Origin: Bdellovibrionales bacterium
GTDB taxonomy: Bacteria > Bdellovibrionota > Bdellovibrionia > Bdellovibrionales > UBA1609
NCBI GenBank assembly: GCA_014323935.1
Contig: JACOND010000009.1
Coordinates: forward strand, 7,469 to 71,468
DNA: 64,000 nt
Reading direction: 5' to 3'
The translations under genes were made by a program, and so were the position numbers. Under the pieces are notes generated by a model. The model saw nothing but the letters and a program-made list of their open reading frames with translations, did not search any database and had not been told where the DNA came from. Of the stretch, positions 20,463 through 29,768 are shown piece after piece. Position 1 is the stretch's first letter, and every line of letters starts with the position of its first letter.

Positions 20463-20714
20463 TTAGAAATACATTTTTTCCAATTTATCAATAAGCAGAG
20501 CTCTCAATAACTCAATATTTTTCATCTGATCTTCATATTTCAAATCCTTATAAAGGATTTCATTTTTTAAACTATGAAGCCATTTTTTTTCTCCCTGATG
20601 GGATTTTGCTTCTATAAAACGATTGAGATACAAACCAACTTTTCGTTTAAAATCTCCTACATCAGTTTCATATAAATATTTAATATTTTCTATGAATTCT
20701 TCTTTTTTAATCAT
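20463..20714 (-). CDS. small hypothetical protein (83 aa, predicted helical)
   Basis: ATG 13 nt after the prpD stop, same strand, no recognisable motif. Confidence 0.65.
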   Translation of the reverse strand: MIKKEEFIENIKYLYETDVGDFKRKVGLYLNRFIEAKSHQGEKKWLHSLKNEILYKDLKYEDQMKNIELLRALLIDKLEKMYF

Positions 20715-20727
20715 AAAATTTCACCGC

Positions 20728-22224
20728 TTAAAAAATCCCCTTTTTTCTACTTACATGAGACAAACCGGCTTGAACATTTAGTTCTTTCAAATCCCTTTTT
20801 GACAGTTCCTCTAGATTCTGAGCTAAATCTAAAAAACGACGAGCTTCTTGATGAGAAATAAAATTTTCTGTCAGATTTAAAAATTTATTGATGTAATCTT
20901 GACGAACAAAAGGGTTTAAACCAAAAGGATGAGCATGAGCTCTTTTTTTTTCTCCTTGAATCACTTTTCCATTTTTCATTTTAATTTCTACTCGCCCTCC
21001 AAAAGCCCTTTGATTCGGATCTAAATGTTTGTAAAGTTTTGTCCACTTTTCTTCTTCAAAAGTACTAATTTTATGCCAAAGACGAATGGTTTCAGGACGG
21101 TTGGATCGATGTTTTGTGTAAGATTTTTCATGGTGCCAGGAGGCATCTTCTAAGGCAACTGCAAAAATATACATGAGACTGTGATCTAAAGTTTCACGGC
21201 TCGCTTTCGGAGACATTTTTTGAGGATCTCCAGAACCTGTTCCAATCACATAGTGTGTATGATGAGAGGTGTAAATATTAATTTTTTGAATATCTGCGAT
21301 TTCTTTAATTTGTTCCCGCATTTCAAAAGCCAAATCAATAAAAGCTTGGGCTTGATATTCTGCAGAATGGGCTTTCGTATAAGTTTCAAGAATGCTGTTT
21401 TTTTCCTCTCCCTTTTCTAAGATAGGGATTTGATACTCTGCTGAAGGACCATCTAAGAGACAAGCCATCACAGAATCTTCTCCTTCATAAATAGGGGAAG
21501 GAGATTTCTCTCCTCTAAAAGCTCGATCTATGGCTTCAATAGCCATTTTACCTGAAAAAGCAGGAGCATAAGCTTTCCAACTAGAAATTTCAGCTTTACG
21601 AGATTGTCTTGTTGTAAAACAAACATGGACAACTTGCTGGAGAGCTTGATAAGTTTGTTCGACACTCATGCCTAATAAAACTCCTAAACCCGCGGTTTGA
21701 GCCGGACCTAGATGAGCAATATGATCAATTTTATGTTTATGAAGACAAATTCCTTTTACCAAGCTAATATGAACTTCATAAGCTGACAAACAAGCTTTTA
21801 AAAGCTCTTCTCCTGTCTTTTCTGTGTGCTGGGCAAGAGCTAAAATAGGAGGAATATTATCTGCGGGATGAGAATAATCTTCCGCTAAATAAGTGTCATG
21901 AAAATCTAATTCACGAACAGCAACTCCATTGGCCCAAGCCACCCATTCTGGGCTAAAACCATATTTGTTAGAAAGACCAAAAACGCGCCCTCCTTTAGAA
22001 AAAGGATGTTCAAGAGCCTGCTCTCTAGCATTCCTAACAGAGCTTCTTTGTAAGCTAGCAATAGCCACTCCGGCATTATCAATGATACGATTGATAAGCA
22101 TCTCTTTAGCTCTCTGAGAAAGGGGAGCAGGATCTAAAGCCATTTCAGCTAACTTCCATGCCAGTTGATCTTGTTTTTTTAACTTAAATTGAGAAGGATA
22201 AACTTTTAGAAGAAAATTTTTCAT
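20728..22224 (-). CDS. prpD: MmgE/PrpD family 2-methylcitrate dehydratase
   Basis: NGVAVRELDFHDTYLAEDYSHPADN, HKIDH, ISSWK and ETLDHSLMY. Confidence 0.9.
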   Translation of the reverse strand: MKNFLLKVYPSQFKLKKQDQLAWKLAEMALDPAPLSQRAKEMLINRIIDNAGVAIASLQRSSVRNAREQALEHPFSKGGRVFGLSNKYGFSPEWVAWANGVAVRELDFHDTYLAEDYSHPADNIPPILALAQHTEKTGEELLKACLSAYEVHISLVKGICLHKHKIDHIAHLGPAQTAGLGVLLGMSVEQTYQALQQVVHVCFTTRQSRKAEISSWKAYAPAFSGKMAIEAIDRAFRGEKSPSPIYEGEDSVMACLLDGPSAEYQIPILEKGEEKNSILETYTKAHSAEYQAQAFIDLAFEMREQIKEIADIQKINIYTSHHTHYVIGTGSGDPQKMSPKASRETLDHSLMYIFAVALEDASWHHEKSYTKHRSNRPETIRLWHKISTFEEEKWTKLYKHLDPNQRAFGGRVEIKMKNGKVIQGEKKRAHAHPFGLNPFVRQDYINKFLNLTENFISHQEARRFLDLAQNLEELSKRDLKELNVQAGLSHVSRKKGIF

Positions 22225-22392
22225 TTACATCTTTAATAAATTTTTATTTTAAAGAATGTTAACAAAAAAAAAAAAATTTGACAAATAAATAAACTCTTTA
22301 TTTTAAATGATTCACTCCCTTTAAAAAACTAAATAAGAAAACACTTCATTTTTTTCTCTTTTTCTAAATTTAAATTTTACATCTCTTGATGT

Positions 22393-24141
22393 TTACATCG
22401 CTTGAGGTCTAGGAATATTTAAAAGTTCTAAACCTCTAAACAAAACCCGGTAAGTGAGTTTTGTAAGAAAAAGACGATCTTGCTGTCTAGAATGTCCTAT
22501 GATTTTTTCTGAATTATAAAAACGATTAAAACTTTTAGACAGATCTAATAAATACCTAGCTAAGAAATGGGGCTTTAACTTGTCCAGAGATTGAAAACAA
22601 ATGGACTCAAAGAGAATGAGAAGCCAAGCAAGATGTTGTTCCTGTTTATCTTGATAAGGAAATTGAAAATTTTCCTCTGCAATAAAGCCTGATTTTTTTA
22701 AAAGACTTCTAGCTCGAACCAAACTGTACTGAACAAAAGGACCAGAATTCCCTTCAAAATCTAAAATTTTATTCCAATCAAAATCTACATCTTTAATTCT
22801 ATCTTGCATCAAATCATTAAAAATTAAAGCTCCTAAAGCGATTTGCTTAGAAATATTTTTTTTATCTTCTAAAAAAGGGTTCCTTGTTTCAATAATTTTT
22901 TCAACTCTTGCAAGGGTTTGTTTTAAAATATCTTTAATATAAACAGCTTTTCCCCTTCTCGTAGACATTTTCCCATGCCCTTTAAAGCGATACATTCCAA
23001 ACTGAAGATGCAAGTTTTTCCAATGAGAATTCAAATGCTGACTCACTTCAAAAATCTGTTTAAAATGTAAATTCTGATCTGAACCTGTGATATAAATATT
23101 TAAATCGGCTTTTAATTTTTCAAAACGATAAATGATACTACATAAATCTCTTGAAGGGTACGTAGAAGTTCCATCACTTTTAGAAATCAAACAAGGAATT
23201 TCGCTGTTTTTTAAAAATACAACCTGAGCTCCTTCACTTGGTTTTAAAAGATTTTTTTCCCTCAAACGAGTTTTAAGGTCTTCCATAAAAGGAACATAAA
23301 AAGATTCCCCTAAAACCAAGTCATGTTGAACTTTTAAGAAATCCCAATACTTTTTATAGTTTTTAACAGACAGTTCCACAAAAAATTGCCAAAGTTCTTT
23401 TAAATCTTGATCTCCTTCTTCTAATTTCTTAAACATCTCCTTTGCTGACTTTAACTTTTGTTTATCCGATTCAGCTGATTCATAAAATCTTATATAAAGC
23501 TTTACTAAAGAATCAAAAGCTTTATCTTTAAAATCATACTCTTTTCCCCATTCTTTATAAGCCCATAAGAGCTTTCCAAACTGACTTCCCCAATCCCCTA
23601 AATGATTGAGAGCGGTCACTTTAAAACCAAAGGCCCTTGCTAAATTCACTAAGACTTGTCCTAAAAGAGTGGCTCTTAAATGTCCAACATTCATGTGTTT
23701 TGCAACATTAGGAGAGGCAAAATCTAAAACCAAGTGTTCTGGTTTTTCTAAATTAAAAACACTTAACTCTTTCTTATGAAATAAGCTCTTTAAATGATTT
23801 TGAATATACAAATCTTTAAATTTAAAATTGACAAAACCAGCTAAAGATTCACAAGAGTTTAAAAAAGAAGGAGGAGAAGCTGATATACTTTGAGAGAATT
23901 CGTCTGCAAGTTTCTGAGGAGATTTTTTTTGTTGTTTTGCTAAATTAAAAACAGGCCAAGCTAAATGTCCTAGATCAAAGTGACGAGGCTGTTCTAAAAT
24001 AATCTTTTGAGTTAAATTTTTTAGTTTAAAATGTTCTTTCAAATAGTTCATCAGATCTTGTTTGATCTGCATGAAAGAGCTTTGTTCTTTTATAGAAAGT
24101 AACATTCTCTTTTTATAACTAAAAAAAAAGCAAGCTTGCAA
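22393..24141 (-). CDS. argS: arginine--tRNA ligase (start probably ATG 24072)
   Basis: DFASPNVAKHMNVGHLR, HLGDWGSQFG, KMSTRRG and GNSGPFVQY. Confidence 0.96.
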   Translation of the reverse strand: MQACFFFSYKKRMLLSIKEQSSFMQIKQDLMNYLKEHFKLKNLTQKIILEQPRHFDLGHLAWPVFNLAKQQKKSPQKLADEFSQSISASPPSFLNSCESLAGFVNFKFKDLYIQNHLKSLFHKKELSVFNLEKPEHLVLDFASPNVAKHMNVGHLRATLLGQVLVNLARAFGFKVTALNHLGDWGSQFGKLLWAYKEWGKEYDFKDKAFDSLVKLYIRFYESAESDKQKLKSAKEMFKKLEEGDQDLKELWQFFVELSVKNYKKYWDFLKVQHDLVLGESFYVPFMEDLKTRLREKNLLKPSEGAQVVFLKNSEIPCLISKSDGTSTYPSRDLCSIIYRFEKLKADLNIYITGSDQNLHFKQIFEVSQHLNSHWKNLHLQFGMYRFKGHGKMSTRRGKAVYIKDILKQTLARVEKIIETRNPFLEDKKNISKQIALGALIFNDLMQDRIKDVDFDWNKILDFEGNSGPFVQYSLVRARSLLKKSGFIAEENFQFPYQDKQEQHLAWLLILFESICFQSLDKLKPHFLARYLLDLSKSFNRFYNSEKIIGHSRQQDRLFLTKLTYRVLFRGLELLNIPRPQAM

Positions 24142-24297
24142 GCTCTGCTTTGAAAATAAAGAATCTTCTTAAATTAAGACCTCTGTCTTTACAATTAAAA
24201 GCCAGATGATTTTTTAAAAATGACTTTTTGACTAAATATATCAATATTTAAGATTTTTTCTTTGCTTTTTTTTTATGAAAAAGGCACTATTTAGTTT

Positions 24298-25461
24298 ATG
24301 AAAAAATTACTTTTCCTATCCTTTTTCTTTGTTGTCCTATCTTGTTTAGCTCATTTTTACTTAGCATCGAGGGCTTATAAGCTTTCAGCCGGTTTCTTTG
24401 AACCGAGTGCTATCTGTAATATCAACAAAACAGTCAACTGTGATCAGGCTTTACTATCTCCTTATGCTAAAATTTTTGACTTCTCTATTTCTGACTTTGG
24501 GCTTTCCCTTCATCTCATCTTAGCTGTGCTTTTGATAGGTCTTATAAAATTTCCTCTAAAGGACTTTTGGAAAAACACTGCCTTTTACCTTTCTATCTTA
24601 ATAAGTCTTAGCTCCCTTGTAATGATTGGGATATCTTTGACTGACTCTTTATACTGTCCAATCTGCTGGAGTTTATATATCCTTTCTTTTCTTACAAGTG
24701 GAGGATTATTTTGGTTTTTAAGAAAAGACCTTTTAGCTCCTTGGATTTTCTTAGGGCAAGCTTTTTCTAATATAAATTCTTATATTTTAGGAGCTTCTTT
24801 TATTGTACTTAGTATTTTTATCCACAGTACTTTTATAAATATCTACGATTTAAAAGACCAAAAAGAAATCCTTGTTGCGATTTTAAGAGACTGGCAAACG
24901 GAACCTGCTCTTGAACTCAAACAAACGGCCTTAAGAGAAGAAAATAAAGGAGATATCTTAGTTGCAGAGTTTGTTGATTTTTTATGTCCCAGTTGTAAAA
25001 AAGTTCAACCGGCTTTAAAAAAATTCTTAGACAATTTCCCAAAGGTATCTTTTCACTTCTACGTCTATCCTTTAGACGCTTCTTGTAATCCCTCTTTGTC
25101 TTCTAAAGGCTCTGGCTTGAGCTGTGAATTAAGTAAAGCGACCTTCTGTGCAAAAGAAAAATTTTGGGAATTCCATGATTTCTTTTTTGAAAAGCAATCC
25201 CAATTTTTATCAGCCAGAGGCAATCAAAAAGAGATACAAAAGCTTTTTGATGAGATTTTAAATCAAACCCAGTTAGATAAACAAATCTTTTCATCTTGCA
25301 TGAAAAAAGAAAGTACTTTAGAAAAAGTCATACAATCAGCTCAAGCGGGAAACTTAGCAAAAATTCAAGGCACTCCTACTTTTTTTATTAATGGAAAAAA
25401 AGTAAGACATCAATCTTACAAGCTTTTAATTTTTAACAAAATTTATCAAAGTTTACAATGA
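24298..25461 (+). CDS. VKOR family membrane domain fused to a DsbA/thioredoxin domain
   Basis: CNINKTVNC and CPIC in the TM region; DFLCPSC and GTPTFFING in the C-terminal domain. Confidence 0.88.
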   Translation: MKKLLFLSFFFVVLSCLAHFYLASRAYKLSAGFFEPSAICNINKTVNCDQALLSPYAKIFDFSISDFGLSLHLILAVLLIGLIKFPLKDFWKNTAFYLSILISLSSLVMIGISLTDSLYCPICWSLYILSFLTSGGLFWFLRKDLLAPWIFLGQAFSNINSYILGASFIVLSIFIHSTFINIYDLKDQKEILVAILRDWQTEPALELKQTALREENKGDILVAEFVDFLCPSCKKVQPALKKFLDNFPKVSFHFYVYPLDASCNPSLSSKGSGLSCELSKATFCAKEKFWEFHDFFFEKQSQFLSARGNQKEIQKLFDEILNQTQLDKQIFSSCMKKESTLEKVIQSAQAGNLAKIQGTPTFFINGKKVRHQSYKLLIFNKIYQSLQ

Positions 25462-26045
25462 AATCCCTTGTCGCTTTAGGATCAGGTCAAGGTTCTACGA
25501 TTGAGTTCTTTTGTCAAAAGATCAAAAAATCAAAAAAGCCTTTTATTTTAAAAGCCATTGTTACAGATAATGTAAAATCAAATCTTTTTAAAGTTGCTGA
25601 AAACTTTCAAATTCCCTATCATAAACTTCCCTATAATAAACACAATCCTCAGTTATGGAATCAACAGCTGTGTCAGCTTTTATGTTCCTATAAACCCTCT
25701 TTAATTGTTTTAGCTGGATTTTTAAAGAAAATAGGTCCGGAAATTATTAAAACTTTTCCAAAGAAAATTATCAATTCTCACCCGTCCTTACTTCCCGAAT
25801 TTGGAGGCAAAGGTTTTTATGGTTTAAAAATTCATAAAGCTGTTTTAAAAGAAAGAAAAAGACAAACAGGAATTAGCATCCATTGGGTTGATTTGGATTA
25901 TGATAAAGGAAAGATCATAGCTCAAACAAGTCTTCCTGTTAAAAAAGAAGATACAGAAAAAACATTAGAAAAAAGAGTGAAACAAAAAGAAAAGAACTTT
26001 TATTTTGAAATCATTCAAAAGGTCTTACAAAAACAGAAAAATTAA
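25458..26045 (+). CDS. purN: phosphoribosylglycinamide formyltransferase
   Basis: SGQGS, LAGFL, NSHPSLLPEFGG and HWVDLDYDKG. Confidence 0.9.
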   Translation: MKSLVALGSGQGSTIEFFCQKIKKSKKPFILKAIVTDNVKSNLFKVAENFQIPYHKLPYNKHNPQLWNQQLCQLLCSYKPSLIVLAGFLKKIGPEIIKTFPKKIINSHPSLLPEFGGKGFYGLKIHKAVLKERKRQTGISIHWVDLDYDKGKIIAQTSLPVKKEDTEKTLEKRVKQKEKNFYFEIIQKVLQKQKN

Positions 26046-26509
26046 AATGTTTTTTCAGATTTTTCCCAGGTTTTATCCGCTTTTTTTAACTGTTCTCTAT
26101 GATTTTCTTTTTCCCATTTTCTTAATGTCCCAGTAAAAAATAAAAAAAGCCTTTCTTTTCCACTGCTATCTTTTTTGATAAAAAATTCATTATAATCGAC
26201 AGGAACTCCTATTTTTCCATAAGACACTGCCCAAGAACACCATCCTCCATAAATAGGAACATAAGAAGAAGGGTCTTTATCAAAAAGCTCTTGATTTTCT
26301 TTACTAGAAAAATAATACTGGTGATTTTGATAAACAGAAGACCATTTTTTTAAACCTTTAACAGCTTTCTGGGATTTAAAATAAGCGACCACGTCGTAGC
26401 CCCCTAAAGCAACTCCCTGAGTATCATTAACCAGATCTACAGACATTTTAGCTTTTAAAGGACATCCAAAAGATAAAATAAAAAATAAGAGACTGAGATT
26501 GTATTTCAT
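26042..26509 (-). CDS. exported YHS-domain protein
   Basis: GGYDVVAYF, YYFSSKENQELF and P.YGGWCSWAV. Confidence 0.85.
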   Translation of the reverse strand: MKYNLSLLFFILSFGCPLKAKMSVDLVNDTQGVALGGYDVVAYFKSQKAVKGLKKWSSVYQNHQYYFSSKENQELFDKDPSSYVPIYGGWCSWAVSYGKIGVPVDYNEFFIKKDSSGKERLFLFFTGTLRKWEKENHREQLKKADKTWEKSEKTF

Positions 26510-26538
26510 AAAAAATCCTATTTCCTTTATGAAGGTCT

Positions 26539-26567
26539 AATTTAACAAATTATTCCTAAAAAGTCAA
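26539..26567 (-). promoter_or_regulatory. sigma70-like promoter for the YHS gene
   Basis: TTGACT-17 nt-TAAATT with an extended TG. Confidence 0.55.
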
Positions 26568-26616
26568 TTTTATTTTTATCTTGAAAAGTCATTTACAAAA
26601 AGGAATAAATAAACTT

Positions 26617-27510
26617 ATGAAATTTTTTATTCTTATTGTGAAAGGTTTTTTTCTAGGTTTATCTATGGTTTTGCCGGGTGTTTCTGGAGGGACACTTGCT
26701 TTTATTATGGGGATTTATGAAAAATTAATTCAAGAAATATCTCTTTTTAAAAGCTCCCATATTAGAAATATCTTAAAGTGTTTTTCTTTTAATAAAAAAC
26801 AAATTCATTTTCATTTTTCTAAATTACAAAACACCTGGGACTGGTCTTTTTTAATACCTCTTATGTTTGGTGTTCTCTCAGCTCCCATTGGATTTATCCT
26901 CTTTACTTTAGAATGGATCGAAAAAAATAATTTTATTTTTTACTCTCTGATCTGTGGACTGGTTCTAGCTAGCATGATTTCTCCTTTCAAACAGATGAAA
27001 AAATCCCTGCAAACTTTTTTATTTTTTTTTGTTTCTCTTATTTTTAATTTAGCTATTTTTTTCTATGGAAAAGAATTTTTTATTCTTTCAAAAGAAATCC
27101 CTTCTTTTTTATTTTTTCCTATTGGTTTTATTGTTTCAATAGCTTTCCTTGTACCTGGTCTTTCAGGTTCTTATTTGCTCCTCATTTTAGGTCTTTATGA
27201 AAAAACTCTTTTAGCCTTTAAAAACCTTGATTTTTTTATTATAGGTTTTTTCTTATTAGGTGGAATTTCAGGCTTTATTTTATCAGCTAAGGGAATTCAA
27301 AAGCTTTTGCAAAATTACTGGAATCAAAGTTTAGCCTGCATCTTAGGACTTATACTAGGGAGTTTATACTCTCTTTACCCTCTCAAAACCCATCCTTTTA
27401 TTTGGGATAGAGAACAAAAACTTTTCCTGTTTTATATGACGGTAGGTTTTTTACTTTTTTTACTTTTTCATTTTTATCTAGGGAAAAAAAATAAAAAAAC
27501 TCTGTCTTAG
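26617..27510 (+). CDS. DUF368 family membrane protein (undecaprenyl-phosphate translocase family)
   Basis: PGVSGGTLAFIMGIYE and VPGLSGSYLLLILGLY. Confidence 0.88.
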   Translation: MKFFILIVKGFFLGLSMVLPGVSGGTLAFIMGIYEKLIQEISLFKSSHIRNILKCFSFNKKQIHFHFSKLQNTWDWSFLIPLMFGVLSAPIGFILFTLEWIEKNNFIFYSLICGLVLASMISPFKQMKKSLQTFLFFFVSLIFNLAIFFYGKEFFILSKEIPSFLFFPIGFIVSIAFLVPGLSGSYLLLILGLYEKTLLAFKNLDFFIIGFFLLGGISGFILSAKGIQKLLQNYWNQSLACILGLILGSLYSLYPLKTHPFIWDREQKLFLFYMTVGFLLFLLFHFYLGKKNKKTLS

Positions 27511-27583
27511 CTCTTTCTTTAAATCCATCCTAATTTCTTCGAATCTTAATTTAAGATTTTTTTCAAACTAAAACAAAGAAGAC

Positions 27584-27612
27584 TTGCAGAAAATCAAAAA
27601 ATCTATTAAATT
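27584..27612 (+). promoter_or_regulatory. sigma70-like promoter ending 7 nt before GTG 27620
   Basis: TTGCAG-17 nt-TAAATT; the TTG start used by the ORF track is part of this -35 box. Confidence 0.5.
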
Positions 27613-27619
27613 ATTCTTT

Positions 27620-29476
27620 GTGTATTTTAGTGGAAAAATCACCAATTCTTTTTTTACTTTTTTAAATCGCTATGAACTAGATACAAGTCGTTTTTTTGAA
27701 ATAACTGCTTTAGAAATTGATTTTATAAAAGATCCTTATTCCCTCATGTCAGCTGATCAAGTTGAACTTTTATTAAGAAATATTCAAAGAGCTTACCAAG
27801 ATAAATTTATGGATAAAGACTTGGTCACAACTGTAGGACATAATGCTCCTGACTTAAAAGCATGGGGAGGATTGGAATCAGCTCTTTCTACTTTTTTTGA
27901 AAATCCTACGGCTATGTATCAAAAAATAGATAAGTTTTTTAGTTTTTTTATATCTCCTGCCCCTGGAATTTATAATAAACACAATCAAAAGGATTTTTTC
28001 TCTTTTGAAATGGATTTTAATTTTAATAAGTATCCGACTGTGAAACAGTATTTTCTATCTGCTTTAGAAATTTTACCTGTTTTTCTAAAAAAAGAACAAA
28101 CCGAAGCAAAATGGGAGAACAATTTAGTTAAAATCTATCACTGTCAAGAAGAAACCCTTCCTCTTCCTTTAAAATCTTTTAAAAATAAAGTAGAAGCTAA
28201 ATATTTGATTTCACAAATCAAAGCTCGGGAAATTATTGACAGTCGTGGACAACCGACCCTGGAAGTTGACCTCTTTTGCGATGGAAAGAAGGTAGCAAAA
28301 GGACTGGTTCCTAGTGGAGCTTCTAAGGGTCAATTTGAAGCAAGAGAGTTAAGGGATAAGAACCCTCGTTATTTTTTTTCAAAAGGCTTAAAAAAAGCTT
28401 GCAGTCATGTTCAAAAACTCTCAGATCTTTTAAAAAAACAAAATGTTCTAGAGCAAGAAAACATTGACAAACTTCTTTTAAAAGCAGATGGAAGTCCTTA
28501 TAAAGAAAATCTAGGAGCTAATACTCTCTTAGCTGTTTCTTTAGCTTGTTTAAGAGCGAGTGCTAGACTATCTAGAAAGCCCCTTTATGAATATGCTCGT
28601 TTAAAGAATCAAAAATTTTCTCTTCCTGTTCCTCTTATAAATATTATCAATGGAGGAGTTCATGGCAGTAACTCCTTAGATATTCAAGAATTTATGATTG
28701 TTCCTTTAGATTTTCCTTCTTTCAAAGAAGCTCTGAGAGCCGGCTGTGAAATTTTTCACTGTTTAAAGCAAGATCTTCGTTCTCAAAATTTTTCCATTGC
28801 TGTAGGAGATGAAGGAGGATTCACTCCTCAGTTTTCATCTTCGACACAAGCTTTTGATTTTATTTTATCTGCTATAGAGAAATCTTCCTATACAGGAAAA
28901 GTGGCTTTAGCTCTAGACTGTGCGTCTTGTGAATTTTATAAAAAAGATCATTATCTTTTTGAAGGGAAAAAAAGATTCTCAGACGAAATGATTTCTATCT
29001 ATGAAAAATGGGTCAAAGATTATCCTCTCATTAGCATTGAAGATGGCTTAGATGAAAATGACTGGGCCGGATGGAAGAAGATGACTCAAAAGTTAGGACA
29101 TAAAATTCAGCTGGTTGGAGATGACCTCTTTGTCACGCAAAGGGATCGGATTCAAAAAGGCATTCAAAACAAAGCAGCAAATGCTTTACTTGTGAAATAC
29201 AATCAAGTAGGAACTCTTACAGAAAGTCTCTCAGCAGTTCAAACCGCTCAAGCTGGAAATTTTGCATGTATTTTTTCTCATAGAAGCGGTGAAACAGAGG
29301 ATACAAGTATTGCAGATTTATCGGTCGCTTGGGGAACGGAACAAATCAAAACCGGTAGCGTGACACGAGGGGAAAGAACGGCTAAATACAACCGTCTGAT
29401 TAGAATTGAAGAAGAGTTAGGAACTTCTGGATTTTACAAAGGAAGTCAAGCTTTTAAAAATTTATCTCAGAGTTAA
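27620..29476 (+). CDS. eno: enolase with an in-frame 195-aa N-terminal extension
   Basis: EIIDSRGQPT, PSGAS, QEFM, GDEGG, IEDG, VGDDLF, SHRSGETED, IKTG and KYNRLIRIEEEL are all intact; followed by ftsB. Confidence 0.93.
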   Translation: MYFSGKITNSFFTFLNRYELDTSRFFEITALEIDFIKDPYSLMSADQVELLLRNIQRAYQDKFMDKDLVTTVGHNAPDLKAWGGLESALSTFFENPTAMYQKIDKFFSFFISPAPGIYNKHNQKDFFSFEMDFNFNKYPTVKQYFLSALEILPVFLKKEQTEAKWENNLVKIYHCQEETLPLPLKSFKNKVEAKYLISQIKAREIIDSRGQPTLEVDLFCDGKKVAKGLVPSGASKGQFEARELRDKNPRYFFSKGLKKACSHVQKLSDLLKKQNVLEQENIDKLLLKADGSPYKENLGANTLLAVSLACLRASARLSRKPLYEYARLKNQKFSLPVPLINIINGGVHGSNSLDIQEFMIVPLDFPSFKEALRAGCEIFHCLKQDLRSQNFSIAVGDEGGFTPQFSSSTQAFDFILSAIEKSSYTGKVALALDCASCEFYKKDHYLFEGKKRFSDEMISIYEKWVKDYPLISIEDGLDENDWAGWKKMTQKLGHKIQLVGDDLFVTQRDRIQKGIQNKAANALLVKYNQVGTLTESLSAVQTAQAGNFACIFSHRSGETEDTSIADLSVAWGTEQIKTGSVTRGERTAKYNRLIRIEEELGTSGFYKGSQAFKNLSQS

Positions 29477-29477
29477 A

Positions 29478-29768
29478 ATGAAAGCTCTTATTGGAATTTT
29501 ATATAAACCTTATCTTACCTTTTTATTATGTCTTGTTTTTTTAACTATCAATTTAATTTTTAGAGGAACTTTATTTCAAGTTTTTAAATTAAACCAAGAT
29601 TTAAAAATTGTAAAAAACAGAATTGTATTTCTTGAAAAACAAAATAAAAAAATAAAAGAAAAAATCAAGCTTTCACAAGATCTTGATTTTATAGAAAAAG
29701 AATTGAGAGATCGATTGGACTACACCGAAGAAGATGATTTGATTTTTATTTTTCCAGAAAAAATTTAA
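29478..29768 (+). CDS. ftsB: septum formation initiator FtsB/DivIC family
   Basis: TM plus coiled coil plus D.DFIEKELRDRLDY; the eno-ftsB order is widely conserved. Confidence 0.8.
   Translation: MKALIGILYKPYLTFLLCLVFLTINLIFRGTLFQVFKLNQDLKIVKNRIVFLEKQNKKIKEKIKLSQDLDFIEKELRDRLDYTEEDDLIFIFPEKI

Noticed and set aside
20463-20714. 83-aa ORF as a classical RiPP precursor
   Set aside because: It has no leader/core pattern, double-glycine site or Cys/Ser-rich core, and no protease or transporter is nearby. It is kept only as a possible partner.
15350-22224. Thiolase and prpD as members of the radical SAM pathway
   Set aside because: The thiolase is on the opposite strand with its own promoter, and prpD is an ordinary catabolic enzyme; adjacency alone is insufficient.
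26042-26509. YHS protein as a selenoprotein
   Set aside because: The GGWC position is a Cys codon and there is no in-frame TGA.
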